The notes under the pieces were generated by a model, which was not told the origin of the DNA, made no database searches, and saw nothing but the letters and a program-made list of their open reading frames with translations. DNA of 63,713 bases, counting the filler, from Atractiella rhizophila (Eukaryota): the NCBI GenBank assembly GCA_021432655.1. It is 4 parts of 3 records of this genome, joined end to end, with 100 filler letters (N's around TTAATTAATTAA, not from the genome) between each part and the next. Parts side by side here need not be neighbours in the genome. Positions count along the whole stretch, not along the records: positions 61,595 to 63,713 come from MU271284.1; 3 more parts are not named here. One strand, 5' to 3'. Positions 62,387 to 63,713 of the stretch are shown here, piece by piece; position 1 is the stretch's first letter; each line of letters begins with the position of its first letter. The translations under genes and the position numbers were made by a program.

Positions 62387-63623
62387 TTAAAGCTTCACTG
62401 CTTCATATATATCCTTAGGATTCTTCAGCTCTTCTTGGCTTTGCACAAGCCTCAATTCCACCGTCCTCAAGCGTCGAACCCTGTCTTCTGGTCCCTCTTC
62501 TTCCGACGCCTTCAAAACGATACCGTCGCGTTCAGCAATCTCAGCCGCCTTCGCACGAGTTCGGACGAGGACACCATGCAGCGAACCGATAGCGAGCTCT
62601 GCGGCTTGAGCTAAAGGAGAGATGGGATGCGAGGAAGATGTAGGGCTAAATCGCGCTGTGATGAGCGCAGAGAAAAGGTCGCCAACTCCTTCAAAGTGTT
62701 CTTCGAACGCTGGGAAGAGCAACGCGAAGGCCTTCTCGTCCCCATTCTTCTGCACAGAAGAACCAGCGCAAACAAGATATGTCCCATTGTCGTCTATTGA
62801 AGGATCGAGAATCTTGAGCTCTGACTGAGGAAGGGACACGGAGGAAATGATAACATTCGGAGTAGAGTACAAGCCATGAAACTTGTGTAAAGCCTCTCGG
62901 ATGGCAGAGAGGCTGGTCAGCTTGACTTCAGTGAGGAGTTCTGCCTCAAAGTAATTAGGCGTCGTGATCGTAGCCAGCGGAAGCAGAGACTTGTAAATCG
63001 GGATCACTTCAGGAGAGACATAGATTCGCCCGTCATCGCCCATCACAGGATCGAGGACATATACGAGATCAGGGTTCGCTTCTCGTAGCCGTTTCGCCAT
63101 CTTCGCCACCACCTTGAGCGCTTCTGGTCCAGGGACGTAGCCTTCCATTGATATCAGAATCAGGGAATGTGTGGATAACAAAAATGAGCATACCAGTTAA
63201 GAAATGCGATTGCCTAAGTAATCCGTTCGTCTCCATGGCTTGAAAGATATCCTCTAGGTGAGCAGCGTCGAATCTAGATCCTCCAAAGCGCTTATATCCT
63301 AAAGAAAGCAATACAGAGTAAGAACCGATCTTAGATTATGGAGGAAACTAACGTGGTCCTTCAGACAGGAAAACATCACAAATCACCAAATACAGTGGAC
63401 AGAGCTGGTCTCTCACCTGTGTGATTGCTGAACTGTACAGTATGCAGCGCCTCCACTTCCCATCCTAACAATTGTAAAGGAAATGTAGCAGCCTTGTTAC
63501 CTGCCTTTGACGATAGTCAGTAAGTCAAGTTTTGGATCTCAACAATTACTTGCCTACGTAGCCAACGACAACTGTGCTCTGCACTGTAAGCACTCTCTTC
63601 TCCTCTTGAGTATCTTTGGCCAT
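62387..63623 (-). CDS. BUD16: Pyridoxal kinase (Bud16/Bud17/PdxK family)
   Basis: [85 protein letters not shown]. Confidence 0.95.
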
Positions 63624-63713
63624 GCTTTCCTCTAGATCCTCAGCTGGACTCTTGCTGACACAAAGCCCCATTGAAAAATTTAGCGAAAAGAACCCCTTGG
63701 GGTTTATATACAG

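Overview
A gene-dense eukaryotic window, inferred to be from a basidiomycete fungus. Evidence: ~45-60 bp GT-AG introns with CTGAC/CTAAC-type branch sites and fungal housekeeping genes. It is a draft assembly with N gaps, three artificial TTAATTAATTAA contig spacers, and 1-nt homopolymer frameshifts even in conserved genes. Recognisable genes: an EVE-domain protein, PAT1, VMA6, a GT32 glycosyltransferase, PIK1 (3' part), SRP101, an Nrc-2/Fpk1-type AGC kinase, PTPA, MED22, NAM9, PUP2 (part), CDT2, two F-box proteins, a small secreted Cys-rich protein, ETF-QO, a RING/TRAF zinc-finger protein, a flavodoxin-like quinone reductase, SFI1, a peroxiredoxin, VMA12 (part) and pyridoxal kinase. The most notable element is an NLR-like immune/allorecognition receptor at about 10.6-14.8 kb. 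It has a degenerate patatin domain, a STAND winged-helix remnant, and 11 near-identical 120-bp TPR repeats that vary mostly non-synonymously at a few fixed codons. It sits beside a CpG-decayed repeat cluster. Also notable are a small orphan gene built from tandemly duplicated exon+intron cassettes (L-x-[KR]-T-[HY]-A-Q-L), an RRM-like/NTF2-like/WD40 protein, and a tandem duplication of the peroxiredoxin 5' region whose coding differences are all synonymous. All gene models were assembled by eye; no database searches were run.
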